A stretch of 64,000 nucleotides of DNA from Elusimicrobiota bacterium (lineage in GTDB: Bacteria > Elusimicrobiota > Elusimicrobia > Elusimicrobiales > UBA9959): contig DMXM01000034.1 of the NCBI GenBank assembly GCA_003482905.1, forward strand, positions 108,277-172,276. Reading direction: 5' to 3'. The position numbers and the translations under genes are program-made. Each line of letters starts with the position of its first letter. The first letter of the stretch is position 1. The notes beneath the pieces are model-generated. The model saw nothing but the letters and a program-made list of their open reading frames with translations, was not told the origin of the DNA and ran no database searches. This document shows positions 53,514-61,845 of this stretch, one piece after another.

Positions 53514-55661
53514 CTACTTCAGCTTCCCGGCCCGGCGCATGGCCGCGTTTATCCTGGCGATGACCAGCGGCCCCTTAAAGGGCTTAATTATGTAGTCGTC
53601 CGCGCCAAGCTCGAAAGCCAGCTCCTGGCTTTTATCAGAGGCCTCGGTGGTAAGCATTATAATAGGCAGGTCCAGCAGACCCAGCGTTTCGCGAATGCCT
53701 TTTACCAGTTCCATGCCGCCTAAGCGCGGCATATTGATATCTGTGACCAGCAGGTCGGGGGGCGTGCCGGCGGCTATAGCCGTAATGGCCGCTTCGCCGT
53801 CCACGGCTTCTATAACCTGGAATCCCGCCACCTCTATGAATTTCTTCAACAGCAGGCGTATCATGGCGTCGTCATCTACGATCATCACGCGCAGCTTGCC
53901 TGAAGACGGCGCCGGCGCGGGGGCGGCGGGGCGCGGCGCGCTTTGTCCGGCGGCGGTTTTCTTTTCCAGGGTCAGGTAAGGAGATATCTCCGTCAGGTCG
54001 GTATGGCCTTTTGACAGGTGCCAGAGCGCGTCCTGGGTCAGGGTGCGCAGATTCTTCTCGTCCAGCGCAGCCTTGGTGAGCTCCGCCGCGCTCGCGCCGG
54101 AATTAATAAGGTCTTTAATGCGCGGCGTCACCTGCAGTATCTCCACCAGGGAGGTGCGGCCGGCGTAACCGCTCCCTTCGCAGTTCTTGCAGCCGGGCCC
54201 CCTGTAAACGGCCTTTTCAAAGCCGAATCCGCCCATAGCGTCGGTCAGCGTTCTGTCTATTTCACTCTCTGGCACTCTTTCAGCGCAGACGGGGCAGAGG
54301 CGCCGCACCAGCCGCTGGGCCGTTATGGCCAGCAGGGCAGGGGAGATCTTAAAACGGTCCAGTCCCATGTCCGTAAGCCGGCCGATGGTGGAGATCACGT
54401 CGTTGGTGTGCAGGGTGGAAAAAACCAGGTGCCCCGTCATGGCGGCCTGGAAGGCTATGTCAGCGGTCTCGCGGTCCCTTATCTCGCCTACCATTATCAC
54501 GTCCGGGTCCTGGCGCAGTACGGACCGGAGCACGGCGGCGAAGGTGAGGCCCTGCTTTTCGTTGACCTGCACCTGGTTTATACCGGCCAGCTTGTATTCT
54601 ATCGGGTCTTCCACAGTCACTATATTCGTCTTTTCACTGCGGGTTTTGTTGAGCACGGAGTAAAGCGTTGTGGTTTTTCCGGAGCCGGTGGGGCCGGTTA
54701 CAAGTATCATCCCTTGCGGCGCCGCAAGGCAGGCCTCCATCACACGGGATACTTCCGGCGCGAAGCCGAGTTTCTCGAAAGGCACTTCCGCCGCGCGCTG
54801 GTCCAATATGCGCATGACCACTTTTTCGCCGTAGGAGGTGGGCAGGGTGGAAACGCGCAGGCCGACCTCGGCGCTGCCTATGCGCAGTTTGGCCCTGCCG
54901 TCCTGCGGGCGCATATGGTTGGAGACGTCCAGGTCCGCCATGATCTTTATGCGGGACACCAGCGGGCCCGTGGCGATGTGGCGCGGGATGGTCATTATGT
55001 TCTTCAGCACACCGTCCACCCTGATGCGCACATGACTGCCTTTCTCCTCGTGTTCTATATGGATGTCGGAGGAGTGCTTGCGGTAGGCCTGTGAAATTAT
55101 GGAGTTGACCAGCGTCACCACCGGTGCGGTCACGCTTCCCTCCTCGTCAGCTGGAACCTCCCCGCCCAGCAATTGCACTTCGTCGGCGGTTTCTATATTG
55201 TTCAGCAGGTCGTAAATAAGTTTATCGGAACTGAAAAGCTGCTCCAGGCAGGAATCCACCGCCAGCGGCATGGAAAAAAAAGGCGTCACGCGGCGGGCGG
55301 TGACGGCTTCAACGTCGGACTGGGCGTCGAAATTGAGCGGGTCGGCCATGGCCAGGCGTATTTCCTCCTCGGAAACTCCGACCGGGATAATATTGTATTT
55401 GCGGCAGGTCTTCTCGGTTATCAGCTTAAGCCCGAACCTGTCCGCGTTCTCCGGGGCCAGCGGCAGGTATTTCACTTTGAAGGTCAGCTCCACCACTTTG
55501 CCAAGCTGTTCTCCGGTAACAATGCCCGCGTCTACCAGGGCGTGTGAAATATAAGGGTTCTTTTCTGCGCGCGCTTTCGCGATAAAGGCCTCATCGGCCC
55601 CTTTTACGCCCGCCAGGCCGCGGATGAGCCACTCGTCCTTAAAACGCCAGGTTTCGGTCAT
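53514..55661 (-). CDS. GspE/PilB-family secretion/pilus ATPase fused to a C-terminal response-regulator receiver domain
   Basis: T2SSE N-domain (aa ~25-130). Walker A GPTGSGKTT (aa 323-331), Walker B/Asp box and His box (..VGEIRD.., ..FSTLHTN..). Tetracysteine CPVC..CKNC (aa 456-494). P/A linker (aa 568-588). REC domain aa 589-708 with DDD596-598, D641, T671/672 and K693. Confidence 0.88.
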   Translation of the reverse strand: MTETWRFKDEWLIRGLAGVKGADEAFIAKARAEKNPYISHALVDAGIVTGEQLGKVVELTFKVKYLPLAPENADRFGLKLITEKTCRKYNIIPVGVSEEEIRLAMADPLNFDAQSDVEAVTARRVTPFFSMPLAVDSCLEQLFSSDKLIYDLLNNIETADEVQLLGGEVPADEEGSVTAPVVTLVNSIISQAYRKHSSDIHIEHEEKGSHVRIRVDGVLKNIMTIPRHIATGPLVSRIKIMADLDVSNHMRPQDGRAKLRIGSAEVGLRVSTLPTSYGEKVVMRILDQRAAEVPFEKLGFAPEVSRVMEACLAAPQGMILVTGPTGSGKTTTLYSVLNKTRSEKTNIVTVEDPIEYKLAGINQVQVNEKQGLTFAAVLRSVLRQDPDVIMVGEIRDRETADIAFQAAMTGHLVFSTLHTNDVISTIGRLTDMGLDRFKISPALLAITAQRLVRRLCPVCAERVPESEIDRTLTDAMGGFGFEKAVYRGPGCKNCEGSGYAGRTSLVEILQVTPRIKDLINSGASAAELTKAALDEKNLRTLTQDALWHLSKGHTDLTEISPYLTLEKKTAAGQSAPRPAAPAPAPSSGKLRVMIVDDDAMIRLLLKKFIEVAGFQVIEAVDGEAAITAIAAGTPPDLLVTDINMPRLGGMELVKGIRETLGLLDLPIIMLTTEASDKSQELAFELGADDYIIKPFKGPLVIARINAAMRRAGKLK

Positions 55662-55782
55662 AGACTGTATTCTATAGATAATTGCGACCGCTTTGCAACG
55701 GCAATAACGGATATGGACCGGCTGGGCGGCCGTCCCCGGGATAAATGGCGGAGGAATCTCTGCCTGTATCCCGCGCCCGCGG

Positions 55783-56319
55783 TCAAGCCTTAATTTCGGC
55801 GCCGCGTCTGAGGGCCTTCACGTTAAGCTCTATCACTTCCGGCTTAAGCTTCTTGTATACCTTGGGCAGGGCTTTCTCTATGGCGTCTATGGAGATGGCG
55901 CCGGTGGCGGCCGCGAAGGCCCCGAGGGCCACCATGTTCATTACCTTGCCGTTGCCCAGCTCGCCGGCTATCTCGTTGCAGGGTATATAAAGCACCTTTA
56001 TATCCGTGCGGGTGGCCTTGGAGTTTATCAGAGAGCTGTTTATTATCAGCAGACCGCCGGGTTTTACCATAGGTTCGAATTTCGCAAGGGAAGGCTCGTT
56101 GAACACTATGGCGGTGTCGGGAGTGGATACGATCGGAGTGGAAACCTCGTCGGAGGCTACCACTATGGAGCAGTTGGCCGTGCCGCCGCGCATCTCCGCT
56201 CCGTAGGCCGGGAAGAAGCTGACCTCTTTCCCCTCCATCATGCCGGCCTGGGCCAGCAGGTAGCCGGCCGATATTACTCCCTGCCCGCCGAAACCGGATA
56301 TCTTTATGCCTTGGTACAT
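55783..56319 (-). CDS. korG: 2-oxoacid:ferredoxin oxidoreductase gamma subunit
   Basis: Trimmed from ORF 55783..56913 to the ATG at 56319 (MYQGIKISGFGGQGVISAG..), with a GGAGG SD upstream. The longer ORF overlaps the beta gene in another frame. Confidence 0.85.
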   Translation of the reverse strand: MYQGIKISGFGGQGVISAGYLLAQAGMMEGKEVSFFPAYGAEMRGGTANCSIVVASDEVSTPIVSTPDTAIVFNEPSLAKFEPMVKPGGLLIINSSLINSKATRTDIKVLYIPCNEIAGELGNGKVMNMVALGAFAAATGAISIDAIEKALPKVYKKLKPEVIELNVKALRRGAEIKA

Positions 56320-56333
56320 TTTAAAGTCCTCCG

Positions 56334-57095
56334 TTATTTCTTGTCGGCCGCGCAGGCGTCCTTGTACACGCCCAGCGGGAACACCGGCAGCATCCCCTCG
56401 GCCACGAACTTGGTGGCTTCCGACGGGTTGTCCAGGCGGGTGCCCCAGTTGGTCGGGCACATGCTCAAGATCTCCACCATGGAGAAACCCTTGCCGTCTA
56501 TCTGGTTCTGGAAGGCCTTCTTTATGGCGCTCTTGGTCTTGAGTACGCCGGGGGCCGTATGCACGGTGGTGCGCTCGAGGTAGGTGGCCCCGTCTATGGT
56601 GGCCAGCATCTCGCTCATTTTTATGGGGTAGCCGGCCTGCTTGGCGGTGCGGCCTTCCACGCAGGTGGTGGCTTTCTGGCCTATCAGCGTGGTGGGGGCC
56701 ATCTGGCCGCCGGTCATGCCGTAGATGGCGTTGTTGACGAAGATCACCGTTATGTTCTCCGAGCGTATGGCGGCGTGCACTATTTCCGCCATGCCGATGC
56801 TCGCCAGATCGCCGTCTCCCTGGTAGGAGAACACGACGCTGTCGGGCTTGGCGCGCTTGATGCCGGTGGCTTCGGCGGGGCCGCGGCCGTGCGGGCCCTG
56901 TATCATGTCGCAATTGAAGTAGGTGTCGGCAAAGACGGCGCAGCCTACGGGCGCCACGCCTATGGTGCGGCCCCGTATGCCCAGTTCGTCCATCACTTCG
57001 GCGACCAGGCGGTGTATTATGCCGTGGCCGCAGCCGGGGCAGTAATGCATTTTCACGTCCAGCAGGGACTCGGGTTTCTTATTTAGCAGCTGCAT
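56334..57095 (-). CDS. korB: 2-oxoacid:ferredoxin oxidoreductase beta subunit (TPP-binding)
   Basis: 253 aa: ..YCPGCGHG.., ..GDGDLASIG.. (TPP motif), ..NNAIYGMTGGQ... Confidence 0.88.
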   Translation of the reverse strand: MQLLNKKPESLLDVKMHYCPGCGHGIIHRLVAEVMDELGIRGRTIGVAPVGCAVFADTYFNCDMIQGPHGRGPAEATGIKRAKPDSVVFSYQGDGDLASIGMAEIVHAAIRSENITVIFVNNAIYGMTGGQMAPTTLIGQKATTCVEGRTAKQAGYPIKMSEMLATIDGATYLERTTVHTAPGVLKTKSAIKKAFQNQIDGKGFSMVEILSMCPTNWGTRLDNPSEATKFVAEGMLPVFPLGVYKDACAADKK

Positions 57096-58167
57096 ATTCT
57101 TTGGCCCCCTTTTTTACGATGGCGTCCATGGTCTTGTAGACCTCGTCGGCGGTCATTACGGCGGCGCCGGGTTTGGCGAGCAGGTGTACCTCCGCGCGGC
57201 CGTTCAGGGAGAGCTGCACGTCCTCCACCATCTGGCCCAGGCTCATTTCCACGACCAGGAATTTCTTTATCCGTTTGGACAGGTCCACCAGCCGGGCTTT
57301 GGGAAAGGGCCACAGCGTTATCGGGCGCAGCAGGCCCACTTTCAGGCCTTTTTCGCGGGCCAGCTTCATGGCCGCCACGGAGACGCGGGCCGAGGTGCCG
57401 TAAGCCACTATGGCGATCTCGGCGTCGTCCATCATCTTCTCCTCGTACATGGTCTCGTTGGCCTCAATTTCCTTGTAGCGCTTTACGCGCTCGTTGACCA
57501 TAACTTCAAGGTAGCCTTCGCGCAGGTCGTAGGACTTCACTATGCGCTTGGCGCGGCCGTTGTTGACGCCCAGCGCCCAGGCGGGTTCGATCAGTGCTTT
57601 GGGGTTTATTTCGGGAGTCGTGAATTCAATGGGCTCCATCATCTGGCCTATTATGCCGTCGGCCAGTACCATGGAGGGGATGCGGTACTTGAAGGCGACC
57701 TCGTAGCACTTATGCGGGAAGTTCCCCATTTCGGTGACGGAATTGGGCGCCATCACGAAGGTGCGGTAGTCGCCGTGGCCGCCGCCGCGGGTGGCCTGCC
57801 AGTAGTCGCCCTGGGCGCCGGCTATATTGCCGAGTCCCGGCCCGCCGCGCATCACGTTGCCTATAAAGACCGGCAGGTCGGCGCCGGCGCAGTAGGACAT
57901 GCCTTCCTGCTTGAGGCTCATGCCGGGGCTGGAAGAGGAGGTCATGCAGCGCACGCCGGTGGCGGCCGCGCCGTAGACCATGTTTATCGCCGAGACTTCG
58001 CTCTCGGACTGGACGAAAGCCCCGCCCGCCTGCGGCAGGCGCCAGGACATATATTCGGGGATCTCGTTCTGCGGGGTTATGGGGTAGCCGGCAAAGAAAC
58101 GGCACCCGGCGCGTACGGCGCCTTCAGCCAGGGCTTCGTTGCCTTTCATTAATTTTTTTTCAGCCAT
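57079..58167 (-). CDS. korA: 2-oxoacid:ferredoxin oxidoreductase alpha subunit
   Basis: 362 aa: MKGNEALAEGAVRAGCRFFAGYPITPQNEI... The order delta-alpha-beta-gamma matches Kor/OorDABC-type operons. The substrate (2-oxoglutarate or another 2-oxoacid) cannot be fixed from the sequence. Confidence 0.88.
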   Translation of the reverse strand: MAEKKLMKGNEALAEGAVRAGCRFFAGYPITPQNEIPEYMSWRLPQAGGAFVQSESEVSAINMVYGAAATGVRCMTSSSSPGMSLKQEGMSYCAGADLPVFIGNVMRGGPGLGNIAGAQGDYWQATRGGGHGDYRTFVMAPNSVTEMGNFPHKCYEVAFKYRIPSMVLADGIIGQMMEPIEFTTPEINPKALIEPAWALGVNNGRAKRIVKSYDLREGYLEVMVNERVKRYKEIEANETMYEEKMMDDAEIAIVAYGTSARVSVAAMKLAREKGLKVGLLRPITLWPFPKARLVDLSKRIKKFLVVEMSLGQMVEDVQLSLNGRAEVHLLAKPGAAVMTADEVYKTMDAIVKKGAKEYAAAK

Positions 58168-58179
58168 AGATCATGCCTC

Positions 58180-58383
58180 CTATTTATAGACCTTTATTGC
58201 AAGGTCGGGGCAGATGCGCGCGCAGCTCTGGCACGCTATGCAGCAGCCTTCCTTGGAGTCCTTGGCCGGGTAATAGCCGGTCTTGGAAAATTTATCGGAT
58301 CTTTCGATGCATTTCTTCGGGCAAACCTGTATGCACAGGTAGCAGCCCTTGCATTTGTCCACGTCAACTTCCATCTTCGGCAT
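58180..58383 (-). CDS. korD: 2-oxoacid:ferredoxin oxidoreductase delta subunit (2x[4Fe-4S] ferredoxin)
   Basis: 67 aa: CKGCYLCIQVCP and CIACQSCARICP. Confidence 0.85.
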   Translation of the reverse strand: MPKMEVDVDKCKGCYLCIQVCPKKCIERSDKFSKTGYYPAKDSKEGCCIACQSCARICPDLAIKVYK

Positions 58384-58492
58384 AGAACCTCCGGGCTTGG
58401 TGTGGCGCGGCGGGCCGGGTCGGCGGAAAACTGTGGCTGTGTAACTGCCGGAAGGCCGTCTGTAGTCGCGCTTGATGCTATAAAAAGTATAT

Positions 58493-58519
58493 CAAAAAAC
58501 CGGGCTTTTGTACCCGGTT
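58493..58519 (-). terminator. Rho-independent terminator after the GT4 gene
   Basis: The minus strand reads AACCGGG-tacaaaag-CCCGGTT followed by TTTTTT, about 30 nt after the stop at 58549. Confidence 0.7.
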
Positions 58520-58548
58520 CGTCGGCGTTTCGGCTGCATGCATTCCCC

Positions 58549-59727
58549 TTAAGCCCTGCCCGCGGTAATTTTGTCGTAGAAGATTTTAAGACGGGCATTC
58601 ATGCTTTCCGGGCCGAACCTTGGGAAACCGGTATCGTCCTTGGATAACGCCCAGGCTTTGGCGGCTTTCCCCATGCGCTCGCGCAGCTCCGCGGACAACG
58701 CAAGTTTCTCCATGGCCCCGGCCAGCGCCGCCGGATCTGACGCGTTCACGGCCAGGCCGGTCTCCCTTTCCCTTATAACGTCGGGCAGGCCGCAGACGGC
58801 GCTTACGATAACAGGGATACTCAGCGCCTGCGCCTCAAGAGGCGCCCGTCCCATGGCCTCGTTCAATGAGGGCTGAACATAAATGTCCAGCGCTGACATC
58901 AGCGCGGCGGCATCGGCGCGGAAACCAGTAAATATGATCCGTTCCCGCAGGCCCAGCGCGGCGGCCAGCGTGCGCAGCGGGGCTTCCAGTTCCCCCCCGC
59001 CTATCACCACAAAGCGCGGTTTAAGGCCCGGCAGGCGGTTTGCAACGAGCGCCGCGGCGCGTATAAAATATTCCACGCCTTTTACCGGTTCCAGGCGTGC
59101 CACCGTGCCGATTGTTATCTCGTCCGGCGCGATCCCAAGGTCGCTCTTTTTTGCCGCCGTCTGGAGGCCGAAATCCACGCCGCTGTGTATTACCGTCCAC
59201 TGCCCCGGGCGGCCTATCCCCGCCCCGGAGGATTCGCGCATTTCTCCGGGAGTAAGGGCGATGAAATAATCGGTGAAATTGGAGAGGAATTTCTCCGCCA
59301 GCTTGAAAATATAAGTTTTCAGAGGCCCATAATAGCCGTAGAGCAGGTGGCCGTGCGGCGTGTGGATAATTGTTGCCGGTTTTTCAGCCCCGAGGTTGGC
59401 CATAGCGGCGGCCAGCCTGCCCAGCGCCCCCGCTTTGGAGGTGTGTGTGTGTACGATATCAGGCCGCAGGCGTTCGATGGTCTTTTTAATTTCGCGCAGA
59501 GCCCTGAAATCGGCCGCGGGGCTTATTTCCCGCTGCAGGTCCTTGATCTCTATGTAGGAGACTTCCGGCGGCAGGAGCTTCAGCAGCCGGGCGGAATCCT
59601 TATGCGGGCCCGCCAGCAGGACCACTTCGTAACCGCCGGTCTGGGCCGCGCAGGAATCCACCGTGTTGCGGCTGGAACCGCCTGGTTCAAGCCGGGTGAT
59701 GATGTGTACCACGCGCGGTTTTTTCAC
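58549..59727 (-). CDS. Family 4 (GT-B) glycosyltransferase
   Basis: Trimmed to the GTG at 59727 (VKKPRVVHIITRLEPGGSS..), which overlaps the TGA of the upstream gene (GTGA). C-terminal ..SLNEAMGRAPLEAQALSIPVI.. EX7E-type motif. Confidence 0.75.
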   Translation of the reverse strand: MKKPRVVHIITRLEPGGSSRNTVDSCAAQTGGYEVVLLAGPHKDSARLLKLLPPEVSYIEIKDLQREISPAADFRALREIKKTIERLRPDIVHTHTSKAGALGRLAAAMANLGAEKPATIIHTPHGHLLYGYYGPLKTYIFKLAEKFLSNFTDYFIALTPGEMRESSGAGIGRPGQWTVIHSGVDFGLQTAAKKSDLGIAPDEITIGTVARLEPVKGVEYFIRAAALVANRLPGLKPRFVVIGGGELEAPLRTLAAALGLRERIIFTGFRADAAALMSALDIYVQPSLNEAMGRAPLEAQALSIPVIVSAVCGLPDVIRERETGLAVNASDPAALAGAMEKLALSAELRERMGKAAKAWALSKDDTGFPRFGPESMNARLKIFYDKITAGRA

Positions 59728-60566
59728 TGTCCGGTCCTTGGGGCCGCCTGGGCGGCGCAGAGGCAGGCGCAGAAAATGAAGATCACGCCGGAAAGGTAGA
59801 TCCACAGCAGCAGCGCCATTATGCCGCCGAAAGCCCCGTAGAGCGCGCTTAGGGCGGCTATGTGTTTGAGGTACAGGACGAACAGGCTTTGCGCCGCGTT
59901 AAGCAGCAGCGTGGCGCACAGGGCCGCAATCCAGACCTCCGAGTATCTGGTGCGCCGGTGCGGGGCCAGCTTGTAAAAAAAGGCCAGGCTGAAGAAGACT
60001 ATCAGCCAGGGCAGCACGAACAGCCAGAACTTATAGGCCAGGGGCAGGAAGAGGCCGGTCTTGAAAAGGCCGCCGGAGATCTTCCCTATAAGCGGTACGC
60101 CGACGCCTGTCAGCACGGCGGCGCTTAATATAAAAAGCAAGGTCAGGCTTTTAAGCGGGAGCTTCCACCAGTTCGCGCCCGAGGTTCCCCAGGCGCGGTT
60201 GGCCGCCTGTATCAGCGTGGTGAAGAACTGCGCCGCTATCCAGACCAGGATGGCGAACGCCACGGCGCTGGCCTGCCCGCGGGACCGGATGACGCGCGAC
60301 ACCGTGTCGAACACGTAGGCCTGCATTTCGCCGCTTATCGGGACGACCCGCTCGACGTAAGAGATCACTATTCTTGCCGCGTCGGCCCTGTTCATGAACA
60401 GGGTGGCCGCCGTGACAAAGAGGACGATCAGCGGGAAGAGGGCGAAGAAGGCGCTATAGGCGAAAGCCGCCGCCCTCTGCCCGCCGTCTATGTGCATGAA
60501 CTTCTGAGCGGCCAGCTTCAGCGTTGCCCAGCCTCTGCGCGCTCCCTGTGAGACGGTTGTGCGCAT
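59724..60566 (-). CDS. YihY/BrkB-family membrane protein
   Basis: 280 aa with about 6 TM. The N-terminus ..FMHIDGGQRAAAFAYSAFFALFPLI.. is typical of the YihY/ribonuclease BN-like family. Confidence 0.7.
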   Translation of the reverse strand: MRTTVSQGARRGWATLKLAAQKFMHIDGGQRAAAFAYSAFFALFPLIVLFVTAATLFMNRADAARIVISYVERVVPISGEMQAYVFDTVSRVIRSRGQASAVAFAILVWIAAQFFTTLIQAANRAWGTSGANWWKLPLKSLTLLFILSAAVLTGVGVPLIGKISGGLFKTGLFLPLAYKFWLFVLPWLIVFFSLAFFYKLAPHRRTRYSEVWIAALCATLLLNAAQSLFVLYLKHIAALSALYGAFGGIMALLLWIYLSGVIFIFCACLCAAQAAPRTGQ

Positions 60567-61811
60567 TTAGGCCGCTTTCTTCGCCGCTTCCAGCGACTCG
60601 GCTATCATGTCGGCGGCGTAGTTGAGGTCTTTGGCCGAGTGCCTGTAGGCCACGTAGCCGTGGTGGTAGGGCTGCAGGAAGACTTTGCGGCGGATGAGCT
60701 GGGTGTAGAAGTTTACGCGCGTTTTCTTGTAGGCGCCGGTGTCGTCCTTGTCGAAGGTTATATACGGCATCCATGGTTCGCCGGTGAAGGTGCAAGCCAC
60801 GCCGCTGGCTTTTACGTATTTGCGCACTTTTTTGCAGAAGGCGTGGCCGCGCTTGGCTATGACGTCCAGCATGTTGTCGCGCTCAAGGAGCTCTATGGTC
60901 TTGAGCGAGGCCACCATGGCCAGGGTGTTGTTGAAATAGGTGGAGCTGACGAAAGCCTTGCTGATTAGCACGTCCATTATATCGCGGCGTCCGGCCACCA
61001 TGCTTATTTCGTAGCCGTTGGCCATGGCCTTGCCGAAAACGGACATGTGGGGCGTAACGCCGAATAGTTTCTGCGCGCCGCCCAGGCTGACGCGGAAACC
61101 CGTGCGGATCTCGTCGAACACCAGCACCGCGCCGTACTGCTCGGCGAGTTTTTTGACGCCTTCCAGGAAGCCGGGTTTGGGCATCTGCACTTCGTGGGCG
61201 TTGGGGTGGCCGAGCGGGGTGATGATGATGCAGGCCACGCTGTCGCCGTGCGCTTTCATAAGGTCTTCGAGCTGCTGGAGGTCGTTGTATTCGAATTCGA
61301 GGGTGTCCTCGTAGGCTTTGGGCAGTACGCCGCCCTTGTTCTCCACGCACCAGTCGTGCCAGCCGTGGTAGCCGCAGCGTATTACCTTGGTTTTGCCGGT
61401 GAAGGAACGGGCTATGCGGGTGGCCAGGGTGGTGGCGTCGGAACCGGTCTTGGCGAAGACCACTTTCTCGGCGGAGGGCACCAGCGAGATGGCTTTTTTT
61501 GCCAGGGTGTTCTGGATCTCCTGCACTATGGACATGCAGAAGCCTTTTTCTTTTATCTGTCTTATGACGGCGGCGTCTATTTCGCGTTCGCGGTGGCCGA
61601 TGATGATGGGGCCGTAGGCGCAGAGCATGTCTATGTATTCGTTGCCGTCGGCGTCGGTGACGCGGCCGCCTTTGGCGGAGTCGAAGAATATGGGGTATTC
61701 GCCGGGGACGAAGTTGTAGGGCCTGCGTATGCCCATCATGCCTCCGGGTATGAGTTCCTGCGCCTCCTTATAAAGCCGCTCCGAATTATCCAGTTTAAGA
61801 TGTTCAGCCAT
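60567..61811 (-). CDS. Class III PLP-dependent aminotransferase (glutamate-1-semialdehyde aminomutase-like)
   Basis: 414 aa: ..GPIIIGH.., ..FAKTGSDATT.., ..LVFDEIRTGFR.., ..MSVFGKAMANGY.. (PLP Lys). Confidence 0.8.
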   Translation of the reverse strand: MAEHLKLDNSERLYKEAQELIPGGMMGIRRPYNFVPGEYPIFFDSAKGGRVTDADGNEYIDMLCAYGPIIIGHREREIDAAVIRQIKEKGFCMSIVQEIQNTLAKKAISLVPSAEKVVFAKTGSDATTLATRIARSFTGKTKVIRCGYHGWHDWCVENKGGVLPKAYEDTLEFEYNDLQQLEDLMKAHGDSVACIIITPLGHPNAHEVQMPKPGFLEGVKKLAEQYGAVLVFDEIRTGFRVSLGGAQKLFGVTPHMSVFGKAMANGYEISMVAGRRDIMDVLISKAFVSSTYFNNTLAMVASLKTIELLERDNMLDVIAKRGHAFCKKVRKYVKASGVACTFTGEPWMPYITFDKDDTGAYKKTRVNFYTQLIRRKVFLQPYHHGYVAYRHSAKDLNYAADMIAESLEAAKKAA

Positions 61812-61845
61812 TTTATGATTCTCCTGATGGTAATATTATAGAAAT

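Noticed and set aside
56320-56913. Long 5' extensions of track ORFs (korG 55783-56913; likewise nuoJ to 14954, nuoI to 15262, nuoC to 21410, nuoB to 21901, tig from 31031, malK-like from 46814, the 38705 start, the GT4 to 59805)
   Set aside because: The extensions overlap the upstream gene in another frame and are Arg/Pro/Gly-rich. Internal starts give canonical N-termini together with either ATGA/GTGA stop-start coupling or a GGAGG SD, so I used the internal starts.
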